Below are positions 30,784-41,337 of a stretch of DNA of 64,000 bases, in pieces. The notes under the pieces are model-generated. The model was given only the letters and a program-made list of their open reading frames with translations. It ran no database searches and had not been told where the DNA came from. The DNA comes from Bacillota bacterium (GTDB lineage Bacteria > Bacillota > Clostridia > Acetivibrionales > DSM-1351). A program made the translations under genes and the position numbers. The stretch is from contig JAFABO010000221.1 in the NCBI GenBank assembly GCA_023426005.1, positions 5,721-69,720 of the forward strand, written 5' to 3'. Each line of letters starts with the position of its first letter. Positions within the stretch are counted from its first letter, which is position 1.

Positions 30784-31680
30784 TTAATCCTCCTCCTTTT
30801 TGAATGTTCCTGAAAGTTTAAGCTGAGTCAGATTGATAGTCATTGCAACTATTAGCAGGACTATTCCGACTGTGGCGGCATATCCCAGCTTGTTCTTCTC
30901 TATACCCTGTCTATATAAATATCCGACTATGGTCAGACCAATATTTTTCGGAGAGTTGTTTCCATTGAACATCATCAGGCTTTCTGTAAACATTGCCAGA
31001 CCGGCATAGATACTGATTGTCAAAACATAGATGGTTGTCGGTTTCAGCAATGGCATTGTAATGGCCCTGAACTTCTGCCAGGCCGAAGCACCATCTATTG
31101 ATGCCGCTTCATAATATTCACTGTCAATACTTTTTAAACCGGACAGGTAATACAACATATTAACTCCCGTCCATCTCCAGCAGGCAAGAGTCAATAAGGC
31201 GGCCATGCTTAGATTTTGATCCTTCAGATATTTAAAAGGACCCATACCAAAAAGAGATAGAATTGAATTCATTAATGAACTTTCCATTTCTCCGAAGATC
31301 AGACGGAAAATAGTACCTGCCACGGCAACTGAAGTTAAAGCCGGAAGGAAGAAGGATGATTTGAAAAATTCTCTTCCCCACATAAGCTTACTGTTTATAA
31401 GACATGCAAATAGCATGGGGAACGGTATTAATAGAACCAGAGTTCCAACCATATAAACAACACTGTTTGTTATTGATTTAAGGAATACCTTATCTGTAAG
31501 TAATTTGGAATAATTCGCCGTTCCAATCCACCTGGGATCCTGACCCAGCATTCTCTCCTGAAAACTCATAACGAATGAGTTAGCGAGAGGAAACAGCCAA
31601 AATATCAAGAATATGATTACGAACGGCAAAACAAAAATGTACGGTGCAACCTTCTGAGAATACACAAACTTCTTTATCAT
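30784..31680 (-). CDS. araP: Arabino-oligosaccharide ABC permease
   Basis: YSQKVAPYIFVLPF, YEAASIDGAS, NNSPKNIGLTIVGYLY; start ATG 31680. Confidence 0.75.
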   Translation of the reverse strand: MIKKFVYSQKVAPYIFVLPFVIIFLIFWLFPLANSFVMSFQERMLGQDPRWIGTANYSKLLTDKVFLKSITNSVVYMVGTLVLLIPFPMLFACLINSKLMWGREFFKSSFFLPALTSVAVAGTIFRLIFGEMESSLMNSILSLFGMGPFKYLKDQNLSMAALLTLACWRWTGVNMLYYLSGLKSIDSEYYEAASIDGASAWQKFRAITMPLLKPTTIYVLTISIYAGLAMFTESLMMFNGNNSPKNIGLTIVGYLYRQGIEKNKLGYAATVGIVLLIVAMTINLTQLKLSGTFKKEED

Positions 31681-31720
31681 ATTCAAACTCCCCCCTTCGT
31701 GATAGAGTAACCGCCATATA

Positions 31721-31777
31721 CCGGATATCACATAATCAGTGCGAGCATAAGTCTCCCACTGATTATGCAGTCTCCGG
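31721..31777 (-). other. Stem-loop between solute-binding gene and permease
   Basis: CATAATCAGTG / CACTGATTATG core flanked by CCGGA / TCCGG. Confidence 0.65.
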
Positions 31778-31852
31778 CTATGAAAATACGGCAGTTCTAA
31801 ATCATATTATCGATATATGAAACATGTACTAATGGTACTTATTGCTCCACTA

Positions 31853-33220
31853 TTACTTCAATTCCTGGGTGATTTGTTCCTGTGCCTCATTTAAAGCTTC
31901 CTTAACATCCTGCCCATCTTCAAAAATAGCATTCAGTGTAACCGTGCAAAGGATATTATTAATAGTCGGAGAAGCTTTAACTGATTTAATGGCTTTAATT
32001 TCATTCTTGATTTCATTCAATGTATCAAATGCGTTGGTCTTGAAGTATTGAACATACTCATTATCAGGGTTGTGAGTTACGGCTTTGTCATTCCATACTT
32101 CCATGTTGACCGGATCGAAGCCCAGAGTGTTCCATATCTCAGTAGTAGCTTCTTTTGAGAGCTTGGCGAATGCAACGAATTCTTTAGCAAGCTGAACGTT
32201 CTTGGCAGTCTTGGTAACAACCGTACCTGTTCCGCCCAAACCTACCGAACGGGGGTCGCCTTCCTTAAATACCGGCAGCGGAGCTATGGCATATTTATCT
32301 TTAAGATCCTTCATTTCGTTTATAAATCTTGACATGTACCATTCCGGCATTAATGCACTTGCATAGTTGCCTTTGTTATATTCACCCTTTGCTTCCTCAG
32401 TGTCCGGCTGTCCACCCGGAATAGTATGGATAACATTGTTCTTCTGCAAATCTACCAGCATTTCCATGGCTTTGATCATTTCGGGGGAGTTAACCTTTGG
32501 CTGTCCATTGTCATCTGTAAAGTCGGAATTCTGCTGGGCCAGGAGTAATGAAGCCTGCCATGTAGCTGATGTATCAGCTGTTCCCATATATTTTCCGGTC
32601 TTTTCATAAACCTGTATTCCTGCTTTTTTATAATCGTCCCAGGTCTTGATTGTTTTGTAATCAACACCTGCTTTATCCAATATTTCAGTGTTATAGTACG
32701 CAAGAGTGGCACCTACGTGATAGTCAAATCCATAAACCTTGTCGCCTTTGCTGTAGATCTCAACACGGGCGGGAACAGTTGTGCTCTTGTAGGGTTCAAA
32801 TACATCATTCAGAGCTTCCAGAGGAACGTTGTCACCTTCGAGGAAGTTAGGGAATTTTCCAAGTTCGATATCAGCGATATCCGGAGCACCCTGGCCTGTC
32901 TGTACGGCTATCAGAAGCTTGTTATGCATATCGTCGTAAGGCATAACGGTAACGTTCAGCTTGATCTGTTTGCCAGGATTTTTCTCATTCCACAAACCTA
33001 GCATTTTGTCCAGATGTTTACCATGTAAATCAACAAATGTCCAAAAGTTCATCTCTGTTGCATTTGCTCCTGCATTTGAACCTAATTGCTGGGTTTGCAC
33101 CGCAGCCGAGCTGGAAGCCGCAGCTGTTGAATCTGCCGAGCCCGAAGAGCTGCCGCAGCCTGTCAGAGCAAATACTGCCATCATGCATACCGCAAGCGTT
33201 AAACAAATAATTCTTTTCAT
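31853..33220 (-). CDS. araN: Arabino-oligosaccharide-binding lipoprotein
   Basis: Lipobox LTGC; FWTFVDLH, DMHNKLL...GAPDIADIELGKFPNFL, SVGLGGTGT. Confidence 0.75.
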   Translation of the reverse strand: MKRIICLTLAVCMMAVFALTGCGSSSGSADSTAAASSSAAVQTQQLGSNAGANATEMNFWTFVDLHGKHLDKMLGLWNEKNPGKQIKLNVTVMPYDDMHNKLLIAVQTGQGAPDIADIELGKFPNFLEGDNVPLEALNDVFEPYKSTTVPARVEIYSKGDKVYGFDYHVGATLAYYNTEILDKAGVDYKTIKTWDDYKKAGIQVYEKTGKYMGTADTSATWQASLLLAQQNSDFTDDNGQPKVNSPEMIKAMEMLVDLQKNNVIHTIPGGQPDTEEAKGEYNKGNYASALMPEWYMSRFINEMKDLKDKYAIAPLPVFKEGDPRSVGLGGTGTVVTKTAKNVQLAKEFVAFAKLSKEATTEIWNTLGFDPVNMEVWNDKAVTHNPDNEYVQYFKTNAFDTLNEIKNEIKAIKSVKASPTINNILCTVTLNAIFEDGQDVKEALNEAQEQITQELK

Positions 33221-34068
33221 AAAAAATATCCTCCTCTAAATTATTTTTTATATTTAATCTGAACTTTAATAATGAGAAAGGTCATAATCTGTTTGTGTTA
33301 ATATCATTGCGTATACATACAATCAAATAATAACTTTTCTCATTTGGGTTCATAATTAAACTGCATTTTAGTTCAGTCCAATATTTGCTTTTTTACTTAT
33401 GATCTTTTTGTACCGGAAGAATTTCACTGGAAAGCGTGGTTAATATGTAGACTTTAAATTAATTAATTTATTTGCTAATATTTTCTCCTCAAATCAATAA
33501 TTTAAAATAACTTGAATCAGTTTAAACTTTATTAAAACAATAGTAATTTTATATTAATATTATTCATTTAGAATAATTTACAACATGAATTTATGTATTT
33601 TACAAAAAGTTTCACAAATTTAGTTCAATATTTTATGTGTTTATTATCTCTTTTTTACAAAAGCCTGTCAATATAAAAATTTAAATTTTTATATAATATT
33701 TTAAACTAATATAAAACATTCATTTTAAATTACATATTACAGCAATTATTTGTGCTTTATTTTACATTTTCTTAATATAGTTCTAAAATTCACGCAATGT
33801 TTTATAAAACGCTAAATCATAGTCTTTCCATTTATAAACTTATATTATATAATAAATTTGAGACGCGGTAATTGAAAGACAAAGTAATTTATCACAGAAA
33901 TTTCATGGAATGTTTTAGCAATTTATAAACTAATTTAATGAACTCAAACCAATATTCAACATATTATTTTATAGTCTATTGTACTGTTTACCTTTTATTT
34001 ATTTATGTTAGAATATTATTAGCTATATTTGAGAATATTTAATTTTTAAATATTATGAGGAGACTAAA

Positions 34069-34992
34069 ATGATCCACATTACTAAACTTAAAGACAGCCT
34101 TCCTATATTCAAAGCATTGAGCTCCGATATAAGGATTGAGATTATCGATCTCCTGGCTGAGCATAAACAGCTGAATATGAATGATATCGCCGAAAAGTTA
34201 AATCTTACAAACGGTGCGGTTACTATGCATATTAAAAAGCTTCAGGAATGTGGTCTGATAAAAATCTCTACTTTGACAGCAAAACACGGTATTCAAAAAA
34301 TATGTGCCCTGCATGAGGATAAATTTGTTATAGACATAGCCCAGCAGGAAGTTGCCAATTCCTATGAACTTGAAATCGGAGTAGGACATTACTCCTCTTA
34401 TGAGATATTTCCAACCTGCGGTCTGGCCACCCAATATAAACTGATCGGTGAAGTTGACAACCCCAGTTATTTTGCCGACCCCGAGAGAATAAACAGTGAT
34501 ATTTTGTGGTTTACAAAAGGACATGTAGAGTACAGGATACCTAATTATCTGAAACCCGGACAGGATTTCTCTGAAATCCAGATATCCATGGAAATCAGTT
34601 CCGAAGCACCCGGGAATTGCAGCAACTGGCCTTCGGACGTCAACTTCTACATAAACAATGTACAGTTAGGCAGCTGGACCAGTCCGGGCGATTATGCCGA
34701 CACCAAGGGAATACTGACACCCTCCTGGTGGTTTTCAGTCTGGAATCAGTATGGGCTTTTGAAGCTTCTTACAGTAAATAAATTCGGAACCTTTATAGAT
34801 GGCCTTCAGATCTCCCCCATTACGCTGGAAGACCTGAATCTGACTTATAAAAGCGATTTGTTTTTTAAAATGGCAGTTCCCGAAGAAGCTGCCCACGTGG
34901 GCGGACTTACAATTTTCGGCAAAAACTTCGGCAACTATAATCAGGGGATAAATGTCAGAGTTATTTATGAACAGGTCCCCGTTCAGGGATAA
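34069..34992 (+). CDS. ArsR-type winged-helix regulator with long C-terminal effector domain
   Basis: FKALSSDIRIEII..L, LTNGAVTMHIKKL; PTCGLA, WTSPGD, QYGLLK C-terminal motifs. Confidence 0.85.
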   Translation: MIHITKLKDSLPIFKALSSDIRIEIIDLLAEHKQLNMNDIAEKLNLTNGAVTMHIKKLQECGLIKISTLTAKHGIQKICALHEDKFVIDIAQQEVANSYELEIGVGHYSSYEIFPTCGLATQYKLIGEVDNPSYFADPERINSDILWFTKGHVEYRIPNYLKPGQDFSEIQISMEISSEAPGNCSNWPSDVNFYINNVQLGSWTSPGDYADTKGILTPSWWFSVWNQYGLLKLLTVNKFGTFIDGLQISPITLEDLNLTYKSDLFFKMAVPEEAAHVGGLTIFGKNFGNYNQGINVRVIYEQVPVQG

Positions 34993-35050
34993 CATATAAA
35001 ATTGAAGTGATATATATTTATGCCCATTAACCAATTGAAGGGGAATCCCA

Positions 35051-35467
35051 ATGAAGGAAAACATTTTGAAAGCAACAGACTTAAAAACGACTAAAAGCCG
35101 TCTGGCGATATTGAAAGTATTAGAGAGTTCTTCAATGCCAATGACAGCCGAGGATATATATTCTATTGTTGTCAAGGATGTTCCTCTGAGTCTTTCTACA
35201 GCCTACCGAACTCTGGGAACACTCTCGGATAAGGGAATACTGCTTAAAAATTTAAGCCAGGACGGTAAGACCTATTACCAGATAAATAATCAACGGCACA
35301 AGCATCAGCTTATCTGTACTTTATGCAGTGAAACCATACCTATTGACGAATGTCCACTTACCAATATGGAAGAAAACCTGATACGTAAAACCGGCTTTGT
35401 CATAACAGGGCACAGTCTTGAATTTCTCGGAATATGTCCGAAATGCACTGAAAATATGAAAGAATAG
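35051..35467 (+). CDS. Fur-family (Zur-like) regulator
   Basis: SLSTAYRTL, HKHQLICTLC, GHSLEFLGICPKC. Confidence 0.9.
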   Translation: MKENILKATDLKTTKSRLAILKVLESSSMPMTAEDIYSIVVKDVPLSLSTAYRTLGTLSDKGILLKNLSQDGKTYYQINNQRHKHQLICTLCSETIPIDECPLTNMEENLIRKTGFVITGHSLEFLGICPKCTENMKE

Positions 35468-36025
35468 CTACCCTCTTTTTGACTGCCATTCCTCGCGGAG
35501 TATCCCATAATACTTTTCATCATCCCAATCTCCGCGTTTGTATCTTACCTTTCTCAGACGGCCTTCCGGGGTCATGCCTAATTTTTTCATAATATTTTCC
35601 GACCTGAAATTATTGGCGTTACAGCGGGCACATACCTTATGCAGTTTTAGCCATTCGAAGCCGAAATCCGTCATTGCGCCCGCCACTTCAGTGGCATAGC
35701 CCTTTCCCCAGAACTCCGGCAACAGAAAATACCCTATTTCTCCACACCCTCCCCCATCATTCCGGCTGTGTATCTGTATATCCGCAAAGCCGATAAAGCT
35801 GTTATCTTCTTTTGAAAAAGCTGCAAAAGCATAGGAGTTATTTCTGTTGGGCATATCACCTGCACTTATGAAGTCTTCGAAGAATGGAAGTATTTCTTCC
35901 TCACTGTTAAACTCATCTATCCAGGCGTATCTCATAATATCCTTATTTGAAAAAACAGAATAAAAGATATCAAAATCCTCTTTCTCAAACAGCCTGTAAT
36001 TTACACGTGTCGTTGTCAGGTTCAT
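35468..36025 (-). CDS. GNAT N-acetyltransferase (RimJ/RimL type)
   Basis: EIGYFLLPEFWGKGYATE, N.RSENIMKKLGM..EG. Confidence 0.9.
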   Translation of the reverse strand: MNLTTTRVNYRLFEKEDFDIFYSVFSNKDIMRYAWIDEFNSEEEILPFFEDFISAGDMPNRNNSYAFAAFSKEDNSFIGFADIQIHSRNDGGGCGEIGYFLLPEFWGKGYATEVAGAMTDFGFEWLKLHKVCARCNANNFRSENIMKKLGMTPEGRLRKVRYKRGDWDDEKYYGILREEWQSKRG

Positions 36026-36172
36026 GCAGCCGCCTCCGGAAATATAATCCTTATGATGAAACAGATCATCCTGCTATATTATATATTATAAGCCTCAAAA
36101 ATAGAATAAAAATGAATATCATGGCCTGCGGCTATAATATATAAAGCATGTAAATGCATATTGCCCCGGCCA

Positions 36173-37576
36173 TCAGGGATACATGAACAAAATCCTGGCT
36201 TCAACAGGTACCTGCATGCTTAAACTGTCTTTCATCCCATTCAGCGATACTGCATATGCAATTATATTGCGTGCCAATCCCCTTATCTGCACTTCATATG
36301 CAGCAGGTACCGAGGCAATAGTAAAGAAAACAGAGCTCCTGGCCGGTACTGCGGAGCTTTTACTATAATAACCGGTTTTGGGGTTAACGGTCATATTGTA
36401 CATGATAATATCAATTACTCCTGTTGCCTCATTGTTATTATTAAGTACCCACACCTGAACAGTGTCGGCATCAGTGCCGGTTACAACCGATCCTGCTGTA
36501 ACTGCTCCGGCGGCTGTTCCGACTGCACCGGCTACCGTTCCGGATATATCGGCTGATGTTGCGGCTGCTCCGGCGGCTGTTTCGGCTATACCGGCTACCG
36601 TTCCGGATATGGCGGCTGATGTTGCGGCCGCTCCGTTGACTGTTTCTGCCGTACTGGCTATAATCCCTGATACGGCAGCAGCTGTAGCTGCTTCTCCTGC
36701 AACTATGTCTGCGGCTGCTCCGGCGGTTGCTGCACCCGCTGCTGCCAGGCCTCCAGCTTCTGCCGCTATGTCCCCTGCCACTCCTACAGTTGCCGCACCT
36801 GCTGCTGCCAGGCCTGCTGTTTCTGCCGCTACGTCTCCTGCCACTCCCACTGTGGCTGCACCTGCTGCTGCCAGGCCTGCAGTTTCTGCCGCTATGTCCC
36901 CTGCCACGCCCACAGTTTCCGCACCTGCTGCTGCAACACCTGCCAGTCCACTGGCTGTCAAAGCCGTTGCTCCCGCTGTTCCGGCCGCACCCTGTGCAAC
37001 ACTGGCCAGACCGCTGGCTGTTAAAGCCGCCGATCCCGCTGTGCCCGCTGCCCCAGCCGCAATTTTTGACAATCCGTAGGTAATATCAGTCATTGTTCCG
37101 GCTGCGTCAACTGCCTTTTTAACAGCTCCCACCGCAGTTTCTCCCAGGCCAACTATGGCTCTCTCCAGGAGATCGGTAATTGACTCTATATTCTTTTTAT
37201 CCTCATTTTGTGTAGAATTTCTAATTTTTTGTTCTATTGCTTTAAGGCCATATTCCTTATTGATTAAAAGACAAATAATTCTTATAAGCAGTTCTTTATC
37301 GCTGGCGCAGGCAAAATTACAACAGCCACAATCATTATATTTGCTGCATATTGTGTCACAGTTGTATTTACACTTATTGCATTTGCTGGATTTGCTACCC
37401 CTGTTATGCCCATCGCATTCATAACCGTTAACCTGGCTGGTAATTACATTTGCTGCCTCAACTATATCTGCGTTACCCCCGTTATCCGGTACTCTGTCAA
37501 TTAGCTCTCCTGATTGAACATTTGCTACTTCGGGTTTTTCTCTGTACAAACTGTCAGGATTTCTTCTCCTTTTCAT
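36173..37576 (-). CDS. Ala/Gly-rich 21-aa tandem-repeat protein with Cys-rich N-terminus (possible spore surface protein)
   Basis: About nine 21-aa units such as TVGVAGDIAAETAGLAAAGAA (63-bp period); CNKCKYNCDTICSKYNDCGCC cluster; globular C-terminus. Confidence 0.6.
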   Translation of the reverse strand: MKRRRNPDSLYREKPEVANVQSGELIDRVPDNGGNADIVEAANVITSQVNGYECDGHNRGSKSSKCNKCKYNCDTICSKYNDCGCCNFACASDKELLIRIICLLINKEYGLKAIEQKIRNSTQNEDKKNIESITDLLERAIVGLGETAVGAVKKAVDAAGTMTDITYGLSKIAAGAAGTAGSAALTASGLASVAQGAAGTAGATALTASGLAGVAAAGAETVGVAGDIAAETAGLAAAGAATVGVAGDVAAETAGLAAAGAATVGVAGDIAAEAGGLAAAGAATAGAAADIVAGEAATAAAVSGIIASTAETVNGAAATSAAISGTVAGIAETAAGAAATSADISGTVAGAVGTAAGAVTAGSVVTGTDADTVQVWVLNNNNEATGVIDIIMYNMTVNPKTGYYSKSSAVPARSSVFFTIASVPAAYEVQIRGLARNIIAYAVSLNGMKDSLSMQVPVEARILFMYP

Positions 37577-37698
37577 AATTTTTTCCCCTAAGCCACCATT
37601 GTTTATGTTATAAAATATGCCGCATCAACTGATATGGCTACAAAAACAGGTAGAGATTATGTCAACGGACATCGCACTGGTGTTTTATTAACATAAAA

Positions 37699-37760
37699 CA
37701 CCCCACAGCATTATTACCTTTATCCTTAGTTGTCCTTCAGGTAATAAAACTATAGGGTGT
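37699..37760 (-). terminator. Probable terminator of the GRE operon
   Basis: ACACCC..TTATTACCT / AGGTAATAA..GGGTGT imperfect inverted repeat. Confidence 0.5.
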
Positions 37761-37772
37761 ACATGTATTCTA

Positions 37773-38750
37773 TTAAAATTTATAAATATGGATATTGAAC
37801 TCACTTAATATTTTATTTAATTCCAGCATCCTTGCGTCGGATGGCACTGTGGCATCAGCCAGCTGATATTCCCGGCCAAGGCTGGTATATTTGCCCCTGC
37901 CGAGTTTATGATACGGCAGCAGTTCCATTCCCTTGTAATTCTTTAAATTCTCCGATACAAACCTTGCTATGTTTCCGATTTCTTCTTCACTGTCATTAAA
38001 GCCCGGTATTACAGGTGTTCTTATGATCAGATCGTAGCCGTACCTGGCTGCCAGCGTGTCCATGAGAATGATGTTTTCCTTTATCCTGCTGTTTTCAGCG
38101 CCTGTCCATTCCAGATGCCTGTTACTGTCATAGGATTTAAGATCCATAAATACAAATTTTAAATAGGGTGCCACCAGTTCATAATCCTGCTTTTCTCCTG
38201 CTCCGCAGGTCTCAATGGCAGTGTCGATCCAGTTTTCGCAGAAGGACTTCAGAAGAGCATATGCATATTCCGGCTGTGACATGGGTTCTCCGCCCGACAA
38301 TGTAACTCCGCCGCCGCTCAGTTCGTAAAAGGGCATATCCCTCTTTACAATGTCAACTACCTCTTTTACCGTCATTTTATCACCGACTATTTTACGGCAT
38401 TTGGGATAGCATTTTTCAATACATTTAAAAGCATTTTCTCTTTTATAGCATGAATCACAAATACTTCTGTCGGCAATAAGCCCGTTATCCAGTGCCCCAT
38501 ATCCGCATGACCTTACACAGGCTCCGCAGCCTATGCACTTATCCTGAAAAAATACCATTTCCTGGTGGAACTTCTGGGTTTCGGGGTTACTGCACCACTT
38601 GCACCTGAGCGGGCAGCCTTTTAGGAAAACAGTGGTTCTCAGCCCAAAACCGTCGTTGATTGCATACCTTTCAATATCCGATATAGTTCCTGTTACCTGG
38701 CTTAGTTCCTCACTACTGCTGTTCAGGTACTTTTTGTCTATCAAAGCCAT
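37773..38750 (-). CDS. Glycyl-radical enzyme activating protein (radical SAM, ferredoxin insert)
   Basis: GLRTTVFLKGCPLRCKWCSNPE, CIGCGACVRSC, GGVTLSGGEP, LLPYHKLG; start ATG 38750. Confidence 0.93.
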   Translation of the reverse strand: MALIDKKYLNSSSEELSQVTGTISDIERYAINDGFGLRTTVFLKGCPLRCKWCSNPETQKFHQEMVFFQDKCIGCGACVRSCGYGALDNGLIADRSICDSCYKRENAFKCIEKCYPKCRKIVGDKMTVKEVVDIVKRDMPFYELSGGGVTLSGGEPMSQPEYAYALLKSFCENWIDTAIETCGAGEKQDYELVAPYLKFVFMDLKSYDSNRHLEWTGAENSRIKENIILMDTLAARYGYDLIIRTPVIPGFNDSEEEIGNIARFVSENLKNYKGMELLPYHKLGRGKYTSLGREYQLADATVPSDARMLELNKILSEFNIHIYKF

Positions 38751-38791
38751 ACCTCCGCTCCAATACATTTTGATCTGATTAGGTTAATATA

Positions 38792-39745
38792 TTAATTGTC
38801 CCTGTTGGCCAAAACTGCAAACACTATAATAACGCCCTTTAATATCATCTGCGGATATGATGCTATACCCATGAGGTTCATTATATTTATCAGTACTCCC
38901 ATCAGGAATGCACCTATCAGTGTCTTCGTAACACTGCCCACACCGCCGGATAAGCTTGCACCGCCCACAACAACAGCTGCAATTGCATCAAGCTCATAGC
39001 CCTCTCCAACTGTTGCGGTTCCCATACTGAGCCTGCCTGCCAGGATCATTCCGGCTATGCCAAAGAGCAGTCCGCCCAGAGCATAGGTTATCACAAGATA
39101 TTTTTTTACGTTTATTCCTGCAAGCCTTGCAGTCTCGGCATTTCCTCCAATAGCATAAATACCCCTGCCATATTTGGTTTTTCTTAAAATGACTGCAAAC
39201 ACTACAAAAATCAATGCAAGTATAATAACCGGAATTGGTATTCCCCAAAGATTCCCCTGTATGAATTTAGGGAGAAAGGTTCCGTCTATTCTTCTGTTTT
39301 GTCCTACCTGATACATGTAGGCAACACCTTTTAAAATGGTCATCATTGCAAGAGTTGCAATGAACGGGGCAACTTTGGCATAGGCCACCAATATCCCCGA
39401 AACAATTCCAAACACAATACATAACAGAATTACAAGAATTATTGCAATTATTCCATACCCGTCCTGTATAAAGCCGGCTGTGAAGCACACCGATACCACG
39501 ACAAAGGAGCCCACCGACAGATCAATTCCACCGGTTATGACTATCAGCAGCATACCGATAGCACATATTGCATAAATAGAATTCTGAAGAAGTACCGTTT
39601 TAATGTTGCTGACAGTTAAAAAGGCGGGCGAAGCAAGTGATCCATATATCAGCAATATGACAAATGCAATAATTACGAAGTTTTCCTTGGCAAATCTTGT
39701 AACAGCTTTCAGCTTTTGATTTTGATTGGATTTTATAAGTTCCAT
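38792..39745 (-). CDS. Monosaccharide (RbsC-type) ABC permease
   Basis: GGIDLSVGS, YAIGGN.E.ARLAGI, YELDAIAAVVVGG. Confidence 0.92.
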   Translation of the reverse strand: MELIKSNQNQKLKAVTRFAKENFVIIAFVILLIYGSLASPAFLTVSNIKTVLLQNSIYAICAIGMLLIVITGGIDLSVGSFVVVSVCFTAGFIQDGYGIIAIILVILLCIVFGIVSGILVAYAKVAPFIATLAMMTILKGVAYMYQVGQNRRIDGTFLPKFIQGNLWGIPIPVIILALIFVVFAVILRKTKYGRGIYAIGGNAETARLAGINVKKYLVITYALGGLLFGIAGMILAGRLSMGTATVGEGYELDAIAAVVVGGASLSGGVGSVTKTLIGAFLMGVLINIMNLMGIASYPQMILKGVIIVFAVLANRDN

Positions 39746-39758
39746 TTGATACACTCCT

Positions 39759-41309
39759 TTATGCGGTAATAGTTCCGGTTGCATAGCTCATGATGTTCAC
39801 TTCAGACAGCTCTTCTTTTTTCAGCTCGCCTGAAAGCTTTCCTTCTCGCATAACATATACTCTGTCACTCATTCCTATTACCTCAGGCAGGTCAGAGGAT
39901 ATCATTATTACTGAAACACCAGCCTTTGCAAGGTTTTTCATAATTGTATATATTTCGAATTTGGCCCCGACATCCACACCTCTGGTCGGTTCGTCGAGAA
40001 TGAGAATTTTAGGCATGGTAGCCAGCCACTTGCCTATTACAACCTTCTGCTGATTACCTCCGCTCAGACTGCTGACCTTGTTCTGTACATTGGCGGTTTT
40101 GATTTTAAGTCTGTCAACAAGGTCCAATACCAGCTGTGTTTCCCTTTCTTTGTTCAGAAGTCTATTTTTTGTAATCCTGTTTAATGCGGCCAGAGATGAA
40201 TTGAAGGCAACGGATTTTGAAAGAATCAGGCCATTTCCTTTCCTGTCTTCTGTTATAAAGCCTATACCGCTGTTAATGGACTGTTTTGGACTTTTTAATT
40301 CCACCCTTTTGTCTTCAATAAAAACATTGCCTTTACCTTTTTTTACATAGGCCCCCACCACGGCGCTCATGAGCTCGGTACGCCCGGCACCCAGTAATCC
40401 CGAAATGCCAACGATCTCACCCTCCCGGAATTCCATTGTCACATCGTCAACAATTTTTTTATCGTGATAGGTCGGATGTTCAACAGAAAAGTTTTCTATC
40501 TTCATAATGGTTTTCCCGGCCTGGGTTTCATCCTGCGGATAAAACTCCTGCATTTCTCTTCCTATCATATACGACACCAGGTCGCGGTGAGTCATGTCGG
40601 AGGTCTTTTGTGTGGTTATCATTTTGCCGTCCCTCATGACTGAGATAGTATCTGTCAGTTCAAATATTTCCTCCAGCCTGTGGCTGATATATATGATAGT
40701 TATTCCGTGCTTCTTTAAATCTCTTAAAATTTCGAACAAAAAGCTTATTTCTCTTCCTGTCAACGGTGCTGTGGGCTCATCCAGGATCATTACCCTGCCC
40801 CCCAGATTGATAGCCTTGGCTATTTCAATCAGTTGCTGCTGTCCGATGCTCAAATACTTTACCTTTGTATGCACATCTATTTCGAGAGATAATTTTTTGA
40901 GTGTCTCTTCGGCCAGCTCAAAGGTTTTTTTCCAATCCACCATACCTTTCTCTTGAGGCATGTTGCCAAGGAACATATTCTCGGCAACGCTCAGCTCGGG
41001 AATTAAAGCCAATTCCTGATGCACCATCACTATGCCCTCTTCATTTGCATCCTTTGGGCTGCTCAGCTTCAGTTCCTTTCCATTCATGCATATTGTCCCC
41101 TCATAGGTGCTGTGTGAATATTTTCCGCCGAGTATATTCATCAGGGTGGACTTTCCGGCACCGTTTTCTCCGATCAGCGCATGTATGTCCCCCATATTGA
41201 CCGATAAGGAAACATCGTCCAGAGCCTTTACGCCTGAAAAAGCCTTAGTTATATTTTTCATCTGAATCGTACAGGATATTTCACATGCGTTTTGACATAA
41301 CTTTTCCAC
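39759..41309 (-). CDS. Monosaccharide (RbsA/XylG-type) ABC ATPase
   Basis: GENGAGKST, ILDEPT twice, LSGGNQQK; likely GTG start 41309 behind GGGGAG. Confidence 0.92.
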   Translation of the reverse strand: MEKLCQNACEISCTIQMKNITKAFSGVKALDDVSLSVNMGDIHALIGENGAGKSTLMNILGGKYSHSTYEGTICMNGKELKLSSPKDANEEGIVMVHQELALIPELSVAENMFLGNMPQEKGMVDWKKTFELAEETLKKLSLEIDVHTKVKYLSIGQQQLIEIAKAINLGGRVMILDEPTAPLTGREISFLFEILRDLKKHGITIIYISHRLEEIFELTDTISVMRDGKMITTQKTSDMTHRDLVSYMIGREMQEFYPQDETQAGKTIMKIENFSVEHPTYHDKKIVDDVTMEFREGEIVGISGLLGAGRTELMSAVVGAYVKKGKGNVFIEDKRVELKSPKQSINSGIGFITEDRKGNGLILSKSVAFNSSLAALNRITKNRLLNKERETQLVLDLVDRLKIKTANVQNKVSSLSGGNQQKVVIGKWLATMPKILILDEPTRGVDVGAKFEIYTIMKNLAKAGVSVIMISSDLPEVIGMSDRVYVMREGKLSGELKKEELSEVNIMSYATGTITA

Positions 41310-41337
41310 AAACATCTCCCCTATATTATTTGATGAA

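Noticed and set aside
36462..37083. Plus-strand Ala/Pro-rich and Leu/Pro-rich ORFs
   Set aside because: Antisense shadows of the GCN-rich repeat gene
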